Notes under the pieces: model-generated | What the model was told of the DNA's origin: nothing | The model's database searches: none | What the model saw: only the letters and a program-made list of their open reading frames with translations | Position numbers and translations under genes: made by a program | Shown here: piece after piece, positions 54,402-64,000 of the stretch | Position numbering within the stretch: position 1 is the first letter of the stretch | Layout: every line of letters begins with the position of its first letter | DNA from: Candidatus Jorgensenbacteria bacterium GW2011_GWA1_48_11 | GTDB lineage: Bacteria; Patescibacteriota; Minisyncoccia; UBA6257; GWB1-50-10 | Length of the DNA: 64,000 nt | NCBI GenBank assembly: GCA_001003475.1 | Contig: LCPF01000001.1 | Location: 101,910 to 165,909, forward strand | Direction: 5' to 3'

Positions 54402-55208
54402 CTAACCGAGAACGAAAGCGAGAAGCGCTTCTTCGTACTCCAAGCCGCCGCTTTTGATCGAAACGTCGTATTCGGCAAAACGGCCGAGATCTTTCCCTTG
54501 AGCCTGGTAAGCCAGAAGGTTGAATAAATAAGCCGGCTCCTCTTTCGTCATGATCAAATCCTCAAGCCAGAAGAGTCGTCGACCGACGGTGCGTTCAAAA
54601 AAGATATTTTTTGTCTTAAGAAAGGAAAAATCGCTTGCCGCCGGCCGGATCGCTTTCTGAAGGTCGACCAAAGAAACGGGTTTTTGAAAATTCGCCAAAG
54701 CGATTTTTTGAAGCTCGTTCTCCAAGATCCAACTACGTTCGCCTTGCTTCAGAAGATGGGCGTTTAAGAATCGCCAAGCTTCGGGCGTAAAAACAAGATC
54801 GTGCTTGGCGGCTTCTTTTTTCATGAAACCGTTCAATGCTTCGCCGGTCAATTCTTCGAATAATTGCGTCTGGACCGGCGGTTTGAGGAGAAAATCAAGG
54901 GAGCGCGGCGGCTTTTTGGTGTCGGATATCAAAATAAAGGTTTTGGGGTTTTCCAGTTCGGCCTTAAGCGCGCTACGCCAATCTTTCTCATCGACGCCGT
55001 TGCTTTCCTTCACCACCAAAATCTTCGAGTCAACGAACATCGATGGTTGGGCCAAAAAATCCCTGCCTTTTTGCCAGTCTTCCGGTGCCGCCCCGAGATC
55101 AACTTGAAGAAAATCGATGTTTTCGTGCTTCGTTTTATAGGCGGCGATTAATTCCCCGAGTTTTTGGTGGCGGCGGTAGGAATCTTCACCGTAAAGAAAG
55201 ATTATCAT
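54402..55208 (-). CDS. holA: DNA polymerase III delta subunit.
   Basis: Starts MIIFLYGEDSYRRHQK, is 268 aa, and has the conserved position next to rpsT. Confidence 0.65.
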   Translation of the reverse strand: MIIFLYGEDSYRRHQKLGELIAAYKTKHENIDFLQVDLGAAPEDWQKGRDFLAQPSMFVDSKILVVKESNGVDEKDWRSALKAELENPKTFILISDTKKPPRSLDFLLKPPVQTQLFEELTGEALNGFMKKEAAKHDLVFTPEAWRFLNAHLLKQGERSWILENELQKIALANFQKPVSLVDLQKAIRPAASDFSFLKTKNIFFERTVGRRLFWLEDLIMTKEEPAYLFNLLAYQAQGKDLGRFAEYDVSIKSGGLEYEEALLAFVLG

Positions 55209-55215
55209 TCGAGAA

Positions 55216-56136
55216 TTATTTCATTTTTTGGCAGCGGGGGCAGAAATGAGCCGATCGGCCGCCCACTTTGATTCTTTGAATCGGGGCGCGGCACCGCGGA
55301 CAAGGCTCGTCTTCCCGCTGATAAACATATCTTACCTTATCATAGCCGCCGCGCCGGCCCGAAGCGTCGCGGTAATCGTCGATCGAGGTGCCGCGCAAGC
55401 GCAGAGCTTTCCTCAGAATCGATCTCATGGCCTGATAAAGTTTTTTCAGCTGTTTAACCCCGAGGGACTCGACCCGCGTTAAGGGGTGGATTTTCGCCGC
55501 CCACAGGATTTCATCGGAGTAAATATTGCCAATACCGGCAATGAACCGCGGGTCCATCAAGACTTGCTTGATCCGGCCTTTTTTTCTTTCGAAAATTTTC
55601 CCGAATTCCGCAAAACCGAAGTTGGGCAAGAGCGGTTCGGGACCGAGGTTTTTGAGGTCGGGCAAATCGAAAATCTTCTCCCGGGGACCGCAGAGAATTT
55701 TCGCGAAGCGCCGCAAGTCTGACAAAGCGAGCATCCGGCCATCATCCAAAAAAAGGATCAGTCGGATGAAACGATTCTTGGGATCGATCATTGGGCCCCC
55801 GCCGGAAACCGGCAGCCATTCTTGACCGGCCCAAGCATCGGCGAGACTTTTGTTCCTGGAACGACTGGCTTTTTGCCACTGCCCGACCAAAAGATGACCG
55901 CTCATTTTTTGGTGAACCAGCAGCAGATGATTATCCGAAAGGTGAATTAAAACGTTTTTCGCCCGCCGGTCGACGCCGGTCACTTTTTTGCCGATTACGA
56001 GGCGGCGAAATCCGTTTTCGGTCCTCGGCAGTTTGAAATATTTCGGCCAATCGGTCCAAAGACCGACGATTTTGCGGCCGCGCAAATTCCGGTCCAAACC
56101 TTTCGCAATCGTTTCCACTTCGGGCAATTCGGGCAT
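55216..56136 (-). CDS. mutM: Formamidopyrimidine-DNA glycosylase (Fpg/MutM).
   Basis: N-terminal MPELPEVE (catalytic Pro2/Glu3), H2TH region, C-terminal zinc finger CPRCRAPIQRIKVGGRSAHFCPRCQ. Confidence 0.9.
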   Translation of the reverse strand: MPELPEVETIAKGLDRNLRGRKIVGLWTDWPKYFKLPRTENGFRRLVIGKKVTGVDRRAKNVLIHLSDNHLLLVHQKMSGHLLVGQWQKASRSRNKSLADAWAGQEWLPVSGGGPMIDPKNRFIRLILFLDDGRMLALSDLRRFAKILCGPREKIFDLPDLKNLGPEPLLPNFGFAEFGKIFERKKGRIKQVLMDPRFIAGIGNIYSDEILWAAKIHPLTRVESLGVKQLKKLYQAMRSILRKALRLRGTSIDDYRDASGRRGGYDKVRYVYQREDEPCPRCRAPIQRIKVGGRSAHFCPRCQKMK

Positions 56137-56222
56137 GGAATCATTTTAAAACAAGTTGGTTTTAAGGGCGAATTGGGAATTTTTTCTTGCTAATCGTCCT
56201 TTTTAGCGATAAGCTTTAAATA

Positions 56223-57914
56223 ATGCTTTCCTCGTCAAAAGATCTGGAGGAAAAAATAGCCAAAGACCGCCGGGAGGCTGAGGAAGCCGACGCGAAACGC
56301 CGCGCCCAAAAAAACCAACTCCCTTATTTGGATTTGATTTCAACCAAGGTGCCCACAGAAATCAAAGCCATGGCCCTCGTGCCCGAGACAGAGGCGAAAC
56401 AGGCGCTTCTCGCCCCGCTCCAAATCGTGAGAAAAACGATCACGGTCGGGGTTTTCGACCCGGAAAAACCCGAAGCCAAAACGATCATTGAGGGGCTGAA
56501 AAAAAACTTCACGGTCAATCTTTTTGTGGTCTCCCTGGCCGGCCTGAACCACGTTTGGAGCTATTATCAATATCTCGTTCCCGAGACAGAAATTACGGGC
56601 CGGGTTGAGATCAACGAAGGCAACCTGAAAAAACTGGTCGAGGAAATAAAAAATCTTGAGGACCTGAACAGCGTCATTGCCGATTTCAAGAGCCCGCTTG
56701 TTTCCCAAATTCTCGAAATCGTTTTGGCCGGCGCCTTGTCTCTCAAGGCTTCGGATGTCCACCTCGAACCGACCGAAAAAACCGGCCTTCTCCGGTTGCG
56801 CATCGACGGCTTCCTTCACGATGCTTATAGGGATTTTTCGACCCAAGTTTATAAATCGATCGTCACCCGCATCAAGCTCCTCTCTGGTCTCAAATTGAAC
56901 GTCACGGCCGAACCGCAGGACGGCCGCTTCACTATTAATTTAAAAGATCGGGACATCGAAATCCGCACCTCACTTATTCCTTCGGAATACGGCGAAACAG
57001 CCGTCCTGCGGCTCCTAGATCCCATCTCTCTTAAGGTTAATTTGGAAGATTTGGGCTGGCGCGAAGACGACCTCGCCATAATCAAAGCTGAAATCGAAAA
57101 ACCGAACGGCCTGATCCTGAACACCGGTCCGACCGGTTCCGGCAAAACCACGACGCTTTACGCTTTTTTGAGAAAGGTCTCGCGGCCGGAAATAAAAATC
57201 ATCACCATTGAAGACCCGATTGAATACCACCTGCCGGGTATTTCCCAAACCCAGGTCGATCCGGAAGCAAACTACACTTTTGCCTCGGGTTTGCGCTCGA
57301 TCTTACGCCAAGACCCCGACATCGTCCTCGTCGGCGAAATTAGGGACAAAGAAACAGCCGAAATCGCCTTAAACGCTTCCTTGACCGGACACCTGGTCCT
57401 CTCGACGCTCCACACGAACGATGCGGTGGGCGCCATCCCCCGCTTGATTGATCTCGGCGCCAAAACCCAAATTCTAGGACCGGCCTTAAGTCTCGTCATC
57501 GCCCAACGCTTGATCCGCCTGCTTTGCCCGAACTGCAAGAAAGAAAACAAAATTAACGAGAAGGTTTTGGCGCAATTGAAAAAATTCTTGGCTGCCCTGC
57601 CGCCGAGGGTGAAACGCGATAAATACGAGGCTTTTCTCGAACAAAAAAACCCCGGCCTCTACGAGCCGGTTGGCTGCCTAAAATGCAATCAGTTGGGTTA
57701 CCGCGGCCGCACTTCGATTTTCGAGCTTTTCGCGGTGAACGATCAAATCGAAGAAACAATCTACAAAAACCCGACCGAAATCGAGCTCAAAAAACTCGCC
57801 CAAGGCCAGGGCATGGTAGAGATGCAGACCGACGGTATTTTAAAAACGATCGAAGGCGTAACAAGTTTGGACGAAGTTGAAAGATTGACCGGCCGCGTCG
57901 ATTGGCTGCATTGA
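56223..57914 (+). CDS. Type II secretion / type IV pilus assembly ATPase (GspE/PilB family).
   Basis: Walker A LILNTGPTGSGKTTTLYA, His box, tetracysteine CPNC...CLKC, Walker B DIVLVGEIRD. Confidence 0.85.
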   Translation: MLSSSKDLEEKIAKDRREAEEADAKRRAQKNQLPYLDLISTKVPTEIKAMALVPETEAKQALLAPLQIVRKTITVGVFDPEKPEAKTIIEGLKKNFTVNLFVVSLAGLNHVWSYYQYLVPETEITGRVEINEGNLKKLVEEIKNLEDLNSVIADFKSPLVSQILEIVLAGALSLKASDVHLEPTEKTGLLRLRIDGFLHDAYRDFSTQVYKSIVTRIKLLSGLKLNVTAEPQDGRFTINLKDRDIEIRTSLIPSEYGETAVLRLLDPISLKVNLEDLGWREDDLAIIKAEIEKPNGLILNTGPTGSGKTTTLYAFLRKVSRPEIKIITIEDPIEYHLPGISQTQVDPEANYTFASGLRSILRQDPDIVLVGEIRDKETAEIALNASLTGHLVLSTLHTNDAVGAIPRLIDLGAKTQILGPALSLVIAQRLIRLLCPNCKKENKINEKVLAQLKKFLAALPPRVKRDKYEAFLEQKNPGLYEPVGCLKCNQLGYRGRTSIFELFAVNDQIEETIYKNPTEIELKKLAQGQGMVEMQTDGILKTIEGVTSLDEVERLTGRVDWLH

Positions 57915-58172
57915 AAACAAAAAATCCCGAAGCAAGATCTGTGGGCAGCCCCAGGAAAGGCTTTAAACTCTTCTTAAAAAGATAAGGAGAGAAAGGAGTC
58001 TTCTGAGGAGCCACCGAGCCAAAGCAAGGTGGTCCTTAAAAATCTAAGAAGAAATCCCAATACCCACAGGTCTTGATTTAGGATTACAACGGTTAGTTTA
58101 GCATAAAGGTTTTGATTTGTCAATACCGAAATTGGGTCAAAAAAGCTATGCTTTTGATATAGAATCAAGACC

Positions 58173-59174
58173 ATGATCAAGCCCGACAATAAACAAAACG
58201 AGGTTGAGGAAGTTATCGATCTCACTCTGCGGCCGACCCGTTGGGAAGATTACGTCGGTCAAGAAAAAATAAAAACCAACCTCAGGCTCATGATTGACGC
58301 CGCTAGACAGCGTCATGAAGTCTGCGATCACCTTCTCTTCTACGGCGGGGCGGGTTTGGGAAAAACCACCCTTGCTTACATCATCGGCCGAGAAATGAAC
58401 GCCAACATCAGAACGACTTCCGGCCCGGCTCTCGAGAAAGCCGGCGACGTCGCCGCCATTCTCTCGAACGTCGAACCAGACGAAATTCTCTTTATTGACG
58501 AAGCTCATCGGATAAACAAACTGGCGGAAGAAGTCCTTTACCCGGCCCTCGAAAGCCGCAAGCTTTTTCTCGTCGTCGGCAAAGGCCCGTCGGCCCGCAC
58601 TCTTTCTTTGGATCTGCCGCCTTTCACGGTTATTGCCGCCACGACCAAAGTCAATCTGCTTTCTGGTCCGCTCCGCTCTCGCTTCGGCGCCACTTTCCGT
58701 CTGGATTTCTACAAAATCGAGGATATCCAAAAAATCATCAAGCGGTCCGCAGAGATCCTAAAATCGGAAATCACGGCTGGCGCCGTCTCGTTCTTAGCGA
58801 ATGCCGCCCGGTTTACGCCGCGGGTTGCGAACCGCCTTCTAAAACGGGCCCGCGATTACGCCCAGGTCTACAGCAACGACGTCATCGACGAAAAAGTCGT
58901 GATAAAAACGCTTGAGATGCTCGAGATCGACGAATTGGGCCTGGAACCGGCCGACCGGCGGCTACTCGACATTATTGTCAAAAAATTCAACGGCGGGCCT
59001 GTAGGCGTGAAAGCGCTGGCCACCGCCCTAAACGAGGAGGTTGGTACGATCGAGGACGTAATCGAGCCGTTTTTGATGAATATTGGCCTTCTTCATCGGA
59101 CGCCGGCTGGCCGAATCGCCACCCTCGCCGCCTACAAACACCTTAAAGTTCCAGCCCACACCAAACTTTTTTAA
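58173..59174 (+). CDS. ruvB: Holliday junction DNA helicase RuvB.
   Basis: Contains LLFYGGAGLGKTTLAYII, ILFIDEAHR and a winged-helix C-terminus. Confidence 0.9.
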   Translation: MIKPDNKQNEVEEVIDLTLRPTRWEDYVGQEKIKTNLRLMIDAARQRHEVCDHLLFYGGAGLGKTTLAYIIGREMNANIRTTSGPALEKAGDVAAILSNVEPDEILFIDEAHRINKLAEEVLYPALESRKLFLVVGKGPSARTLSLDLPPFTVIAATTKVNLLSGPLRSRFGATFRLDFYKIEDIQKIIKRSAEILKSEITAGAVSFLANAARFTPRVANRLLKRARDYAQVYSNDVIDEKVVIKTLEMLEIDELGLEPADRRLLDIIVKKFNGGPVGVKALATALNEEVGTIEDVIEPFLMNIGLLHRTPAGRIATLAAYKHLKVPAHTKLF

Positions 59175-59175
59175 A

Positions 59176-59631
59176 ATGACGGTGAAAAGCCTTTCCGCCC
59201 GAGCCACCCAAGCATTGGCCGGCGCCATTGGTCAAAAAATGTTGCGGGGCCGAATCAAACAGAGGTTGGGCCGCGCCCTCGTTATCGGTCTTTCGGGCGA
59301 ACTCGGCACCGGCAAAACCACCTTCATTCAAGCCTTGGCTAGAAAACTCGGCGTCAAAAATCGCCTCACGAGCCCGACTTTTTTAATCATGCGGAATTAT
59401 AAGATCCGTAGCGGAAAATTCCGAAGATTTTTTCACGTTGATGCCTACCGGTTGAAAAAACCCGAGGAGCTCCTCGCGCTCGGCTTCAAAGAGGTCGTTG
59501 AGGAACCGGCGAACGTTATTCTTATTGAATGGGCGGAAAAAATAAAGAAGGTCCTGCCCCCAAAAATGCTCTGGCTCGGTTTCCGCCACGGCCGAAAAGA
59601 AAACGAGCGTTTTATAAAGACAAATTTATGA
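59176..59631 (+). CDS. tsaE: tRNA threonylcarbamoyladenosine biosynthesis protein TsaE (YjeE P-loop ATPase).
   Basis: Contains LVIGLSGELGTGKTTFIQALARKLG...SPTFLIMRNY. Start moved to MTVKSLSA (59176), because the track start 59083 overlaps ruvB. Confidence 0.8.
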   Translation: MTVKSLSARATQALAGAIGQKMLRGRIKQRLGRALVIGLSGELGTGKTTFIQALARKLGVKNRLTSPTFLIMRNYKIRSGKFRRFFHVDAYRLKKPEELLALGFKEVVEEPANVILIEWAEKIKKVLPPKMLWLGFRHGRKENERFIKTNL

Positions 59632-62099
59632 AAAATTTCCTGATCGTCGATGCGAACGCTCTCGTCCACCGCGCCTTCCACGCTCTGCCGCCCCTAACGA
59701 CGCCTGACGGAGAACCGATCGGCGCGATCTACGGCCTCACGAGCACGCTTTTTAAAATTCTTAGGGATCACGAACCGGATTATATTGTGGCCGCTTTCGA
59801 CCGGCCCGAGCCGACCTTTCGGGACGAACTCTTCAAGGAATACAAGATTCAGCGGCCGCCCGCCCCCGACGAACTGGTAAGCCAGATCGTGAAAGCCCGC
59901 GAGCTTTTCAGGGAATTCGGCATTACCACCCTCGAGCGGGCCGGCTTTGAAGCCGACGACATTATCGGTTCGCTCGTCGAGAAATTCGGAAGGGCTACCG
60001 GCGACGACTTGAAGATTACAATCTTAACCGGCGACCTGGACACCCTCCAGCTTGTCCGCGGAAACGACGTTGTGGTGATAACGCCCAAAAAGGGCCTAGG
60101 CGAAACAATGACTTACGACGAAACGGCGGTCAAAGAACGTTTCGGACTCCTGCCAAAACAAATGCCCGATTACAAAGGTTTGGTGGGCGACCAATCGGAT
60201 AATATTCCCGGCGTCGCGGGCGTTGGTCCGAAGACGGCGGAAAAACTTCTGGGAGAATTCGGCGATTTGGAAAAACTTTATGAAAAAATGGATATTGCTC
60301 ATCCGCTCGCTAAAAAAGTGATTGCCCGCAGAAAAGAAGCGCTGTTTTCCAAAAAACTGGCGACGATCGCGAAAAATGTCCCGCTTGAAACCAAACTCAG
60401 CGATCTGGCCTACAAAGGCCCGAACCTCGAGAAGCTAACCCGCTATCTCACTAAATTGGGCTTTACCAGCATTGTGAACCGCCTCCTCAAACCCGATTCG
60501 GCGTCCGAGTCCCGAAATCTTTTCGAAGCCGGCAAAGACCAATTGCCCGCCGACACCGTAGTTTTTCTCGATGCCGCGGCGGCGCTAAAGGAAAAAAACG
60601 AACTTTTTTCTTCGGTCTTGAAAATTTCTTTCGACTGGAAAGATACAATGAAACGGTTGGCGGAGGCGAACCTTGAGGTGGCCGATCCGATTTTCGACCT
60701 CGAAATAGCGGGCTGGTTAATCGATCCAGACCAAAAAGATTTTTCTTTTACGGCTTTGGGCCGGAGATTTCTATACCAAAACCTCGACCCCAAGAACCCC
60801 GATCATTTCGCCGCTCTCTTTAATTATTTGAGCGCTAAAATCGAAGAATATGGTTTGGATTTTGTTTTTGAGAAAATCGAAATGCCGGTCGTAAAAATTC
60901 TGGCGGCAATGGAACGGCTCGGCGTTGAAATCGACGGTCAAGCACTCCTCGTTCTGAAACAAGAAATAGAAACCGAATTGGATCAAACCGCAAGGAAAAT
61001 TTACGAAACCGCGGGCGGCGTTTTCAATATCAACTCCCCGAAGCAGCTCGGCCAGAAACTTTTTGGGGACATGAAAATCGGCGGCAAAACGAAGAAAACC
61101 AGCACCGGCCAAGTCTCGACCGCCGAGGAGGCTCTTCGCGCTCTCGAAGGGAAAAACCCGATCATTGGTCTTGTCCTCGGGTACCGGGAAAATTTCAAAA
61201 TAAAAACTTCCTTTGTCGAACCGCTCATCGCTCTGACTGATCGTGATCACCGGGTGCGCACAACGTATCTTCAAACCGGCACGGCCACTGGCCGCCTGGC
61301 CTCGGAAAAACCGAACCTGCAAAACATCCCCCAAGAATCAAAATGGTCCAAAAGACTAAGAAGCGCTTTCGTGGCTGAGATGGGGTCTAGCCTGCTCTCT
61401 TTTGACTATTCCCAAATTGAACTGCGGCTCTTAGCGCATGTTGCCCAAGACCAAAAACTAATCCGGGCCTTCCTTGAAAACAAAGACGTTCACAGCCTCA
61501 CCGCCGCTCAGGTCTTCAACGTACCCTTGGAAAAAGTGACGCCGGAAATGCGTCGCCTCGGCAAAACCCTTAATTTCAGCGTTGTCTACGGCATGGGCGC
61601 GCGAGGCCTCAGCCAAACAAGCGGTCTTTCGCTGGCTGAAGCGGAGAATTTCATCGACGAATATTTTCACGATTTTCCGGACATAAAAACCTGGCAAGAA
61701 AGGACAAAAAACGAGGCTGCTGCCTTAGGCTACGTTTCGAATCTCAACGGCCGCCGCCGCTGGCTTTTGGGTATTAATTCGCCTAATCAGCGCCAAAGAG
61801 CCGAATTGGAACGCCGAGCAACCAATATGCCCATCCAATCGTTGGGCGCCGACATCATTAAATTAGCGATGATTAAAAGTTTTGAATTTCTGAAAGAACG
61901 GGGCTGGCTCGCCTCAAAAGCAAAACCCCTTCTTTCTATCCACGACGAATTGCTCTTCGAGGTTCGGAATGATATTCTAAAGGAAATTGCAGCGCCTTTG
62001 GAAAATATCATGGAATCGGTTTATAAAATCGCAGTACCGCTCAAGGTGGAAATCAAAAACGGCGAAAACTGGGGGGCGATGAAGCCGTATAAAACATGA
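59628..62099 (+). CDS. polA: DNA polymerase I (5'-3' exonuclease plus polymerase domains).
   Basis: 5'-nuclease motifs LIVDANALVHRAF...GYEADDIIG, polymerase motif A DYSQIELRLLAH, motif B RRLGKTLNFSVVYG, motif C HDELLFE. Start placed at MKNFLIVD (59628). Confidence 0.9.
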   Translation: MKNFLIVDANALVHRAFHALPPLTTPDGEPIGAIYGLTSTLFKILRDHEPDYIVAAFDRPEPTFRDELFKEYKIQRPPAPDELVSQIVKARELFREFGITTLERAGFEADDIIGSLVEKFGRATGDDLKITILTGDLDTLQLVRGNDVVVITPKKGLGETMTYDETAVKERFGLLPKQMPDYKGLVGDQSDNIPGVAGVGPKTAEKLLGEFGDLEKLYEKMDIAHPLAKKVIARRKEALFSKKLATIAKNVPLETKLSDLAYKGPNLEKLTRYLTKLGFTSIVNRLLKPDSASESRNLFEAGKDQLPADTVVFLDAAAALKEKNELFSSVLKISFDWKDTMKRLAEANLEVADPIFDLEIAGWLIDPDQKDFSFTALGRRFLYQNLDPKNPDHFAALFNYLSAKIEEYGLDFVFEKIEMPVVKILAAMERLGVEIDGQALLVLKQEIETELDQTARKIYETAGGVFNINSPKQLGQKLFGDMKIGGKTKKTSTGQVSTAEEALRALEGKNPIIGLVLGYRENFKIKTSFVEPLIALTDRDHRVRTTYLQTGTATGRLASEKPNLQNIPQESKWSKRLRSAFVAEMGSSLLSFDYSQIELRLLAHVAQDQKLIRAFLENKDVHSLTAAQVFNVPLEKVTPEMRRLGKTLNFSVVYGMGARGLSQTSGLSLAEAENFIDEYFHDFPDIKTWQERTKNEAAALGYVSNLNGRRRWLLGINSPNQRQRAELERRATNMPIQSLGADIIKLAMIKSFEFLKERGWLASKAKPLLSIHDELLFEVRNDILKEIAAPLENIMESVYKIAVPLKVEIKNGENWGAMKPYKT

Positions 62100-63379
62100 A
62101 GGGTTTTTTTGATGCCTTGAAGACTTTCGGTAAATCGCCGAACATCGTTGCTTGGTGGATGATTCTGACGCTAGTCGTCGCGGTGACGACAATCGACGTT
62201 CTGAACCTGCCGTTTTTTTTGGCTATTTTAACCTCGATTGTCGTTCTGGGCCTGATTATCTTCACGACCTACAACCTGACCAAATTTGCCTTGCTTAAGG
62301 TAGAAGCTGATTTTAACGAAAAGGAATTGACGTCCCTCGTCCAAAACTTAAAAGACGGTGTTTTGATCTACGACCCCGCGTTCAAAATTATCAGCCTCAA
62401 CAACGCGGCGGAAAATATTTTCGGCCTTCAAGCAAAAGACGTGCTGGGCCTCACCATCTACCCGGGCTTGCTAAAAAACCCGCGACTCAAAGTCATTACG
62501 CAGGTTGTTTTTCCGTCTCTTGCCCCCGCCGTCTCCTCGATTTCCGAAGGCGGCTGGCCCCAAGTCGTGGATCTCAACCTCGAAAATCCCGACTTGAGAT
62601 TGAGAACGGTTTTGAATAAAATCGAGAACGAAAAGAAACAAACCGTCGGTTTCCTTAAAATCATCCAGGACCGGACGCGAGAAGAGGGTATTTTAGAATC
62701 AAAAGGCGAATTCATCACGACCGCCGCCCACCAACTAAGAACCCCTTTAACCGCTCTCCATTGGACTCTTGAAAGTCTCGCTAAAAAAGAAAAAGAGCCG
62801 GACTTGAAGGAGTTGAGCACGGAGGGACTTAAGGTGGCCGAAAGGGCCCTTAAAATCATCAACGACCTTCTTGACGCGGCCAAGATCGAGGAGGGAAGGT
62901 TCGGCTACCGCTTCAAAGAAACCAACCTGAATGAATTCCTGGAAGAATTGATTGCTCAGGCCAAGGCCCTGACCGCCGAATACGGCGTCAAAATCTACTT
63001 CGCTGCCGCCCAAACTTACCTGGTGCAAGCGGATGCCGAAAAATTAGGCATTGCTGTTTCGAACCTGATCGACAACGCGATCAAGTACAACGTCAAAAAC
63101 GGTTCGGTTACGATTACCCTCGATCCCGCACCGGACGCAGTACGGTTAGAGATAAAGGACACGGGCGTGGGCATCCCCGAAGAAGAAACCAAGAAAATGT
63201 TCGGTAAGTTCTACCGGGGAACGAACGTGGTCCAAATCGAACCGAACGGCAGCGGCTTGGGACTCTATATCGCCAAAAACATAATCGAAAACCATGGCGG
63301 GAAGATAAATTTGAGTTCGGTTCTTGGTCGCGGCACAACTTTTTCGATAATCCTCCCGCTCAGCAAAGGCCAAAATTAA
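62096..63379 (+). CDS. Sensor histidine kinase (2 TM, PAS-like, HisKA, HATPase_c).
   Basis: H-box TAAHQLRTPLTAL, N-box LIDNAIKY, G1 IKDTGVGIP, G2 GSGLGLYI. No response regulator is adjacent. Confidence 0.85.
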   Translation: MKGFFDALKTFGKSPNIVAWWMILTLVVAVTTIDVLNLPFFLAILTSIVVLGLIIFTTYNLTKFALLKVEADFNEKELTSLVQNLKDGVLIYDPAFKIISLNNAAENIFGLQAKDVLGLTIYPGLLKNPRLKVITQVVFPSLAPAVSSISEGGWPQVVDLNLENPDLRLRTVLNKIENEKKQTVGFLKIIQDRTREEGILESKGEFITTAAHQLRTPLTALHWTLESLAKKEKEPDLKELSTEGLKVAERALKIINDLLDAAKIEEGRFGYRFKETNLNEFLEELIAQAKALTAEYGVKIYFAAAQTYLVQADAEKLGIAVSNLIDNAIKYNVKNGSVTITLDPAPDAVRLEIKDTGVGIPEEETKKMFGKFYRGTNVVQIEPNGSGLGLYIAKNIIENHGGKINLSSVLGRGTTFSIILPLSKGQN

Positions 63380-63395
63380 AACAATTCGTGCTCAT

Positions 63396-63932
63396 ATGGC
63401 CGGTCACAGCCATTGGAAACAAATAAAGACCCAGAAGGGGGCGGCCGACAAAAAACGCGGCCAGGTTTTTTCCAAGCTACTGGCTGCGATTTCCGTCGCC
63501 GCCCGCAGCGAGCCCAATCCTCAATTCAACATCAGGCTTCGGGCCGCGATCCTCAAAGCTAAAGAGAACCACGTTCCCCAAGAAAGCATCGAGCGGGCAA
63601 CCAGTAGGGTTTTGGGCCAAAACGAAAACGCCGAAGAACTGACGATAGAAGCTTACGGTCCCGGCGGTTCAGCTCTGATTATTGAAGCCATAACCTCGAG
63701 CAGCAACCGCACTATGAACGAATTGAAGCAGATTTTAAAAGATCATGACGCAAAACTCGCCCCGCCCGGCAGCGTCCGTTGGGCTTTTGATCCGCCCCAG
63801 GGCGAATTTTTCGATTGGCGGCCCAAATTTCCTCAAACCCTCGACTCCCTGACCAAAGAAAAAAACGGAGTTTTGATCGCGGAACTCAAAAATCAAACCG
63901 ACGTCCAAAACGTTTACACCAATATCAAATAA
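63396..63932 (+). CDS. YebC/PmpR-family probable transcriptional regulator.
   Basis: MAGHSHWKQIKTQKGAADKKRGQVFSKL, the family N-terminus; 178 aa, shorter than typical. Confidence 0.8.
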   Translation: MAGHSHWKQIKTQKGAADKKRGQVFSKLLAAISVAARSEPNPQFNIRLRAAILKAKENHVPQESIERATSRVLGQNENAEELTIEAYGPGGSALIIEAITSSSNRTMNELKQILKDHDAKLAPPGSVRWAFDPPQGEFFDWRPKFPQTLDSLTKEKNGVLIAELKNQTDVQNVYTNIK

Positions 63933-63935
63933 ATA

Positions 63936-64000
63936 TGATTGTTTTAGGGCTTGATCCAGGCACCATAAGAATCGGCTACGGCTTCATTGAGGTCCGGGGC
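63936..64000 (+). CDS. ruvC: Crossover junction endodeoxyribonuclease RuvC, 5' partial (continues past window end).
   Basis: MIVLGLDPGTIRIGYGFIEVRG, matching the RuvC N-terminus with catalytic Asp (LGLDPG). Confidence 0.75.

Overview
A 64-kb, gene-dense chromosomal window at about 50% GC. Content is mostly housekeeping, and several genes overlap by 4 nt in operon-like blocks. Gene content and compact architecture suggest a reduced-genome, CPR/Patescibacteria-like bacterium (inference only). Protein-coding calls: two Clp-family AAA+ proteins (a canonical ClpB and a membrane-anchored two-ring ATPase with a degenerate D1 Walker B), an HtrA-like protease, cysteine desulfurase, IleRS/ArgRS/TrpRS, RNase Y, RNase J and a second beta-CASP RNase, GpmI, SecG, SmpB, IF3-L35-L20, a DNA repair/recombination set (MGMT-like, Nudix, PolX, EndoQ-like, MutM, RuvABC, PolA, HolA), a PilB/GspE ATPase, an ECF sigma/anti-sigma module, a Zn/Mn-type ABC transporter, and a giant PG-binding surface protein. 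RNA genes read from the sequence: tRNA-His, Phe, Arg(UCU), Pro, Gly, Leu, Arg(CCG), tmRNA directly after smpB, and a probable RNase P RNA hidden under spurious ORFs. Most notable observations: (1) IleRS carries a roughly 230-aa histidine-phosphatase (PGAM-like, RHG motif) domain inserted between two near-identical CDKCG zinc-knuckle motifs. (2) A roughly 1.2-kb GC-rich (about 62%) island sits between trpS and ileS, with three small GC3-rich ORFs, its own terminator, and TATAGCAT-type palindromes on both flanks. (3) A low-GC PP-loop ATPase gene lies next to tRNA-His and a tRNA 3'-fragment. (4) A repeat-rich 740-bp noncoding region carries four TTTTCGACCT direct repeats and a perfect DnaA box. 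No CRISPR array, rRNA or obvious transposase was seen.
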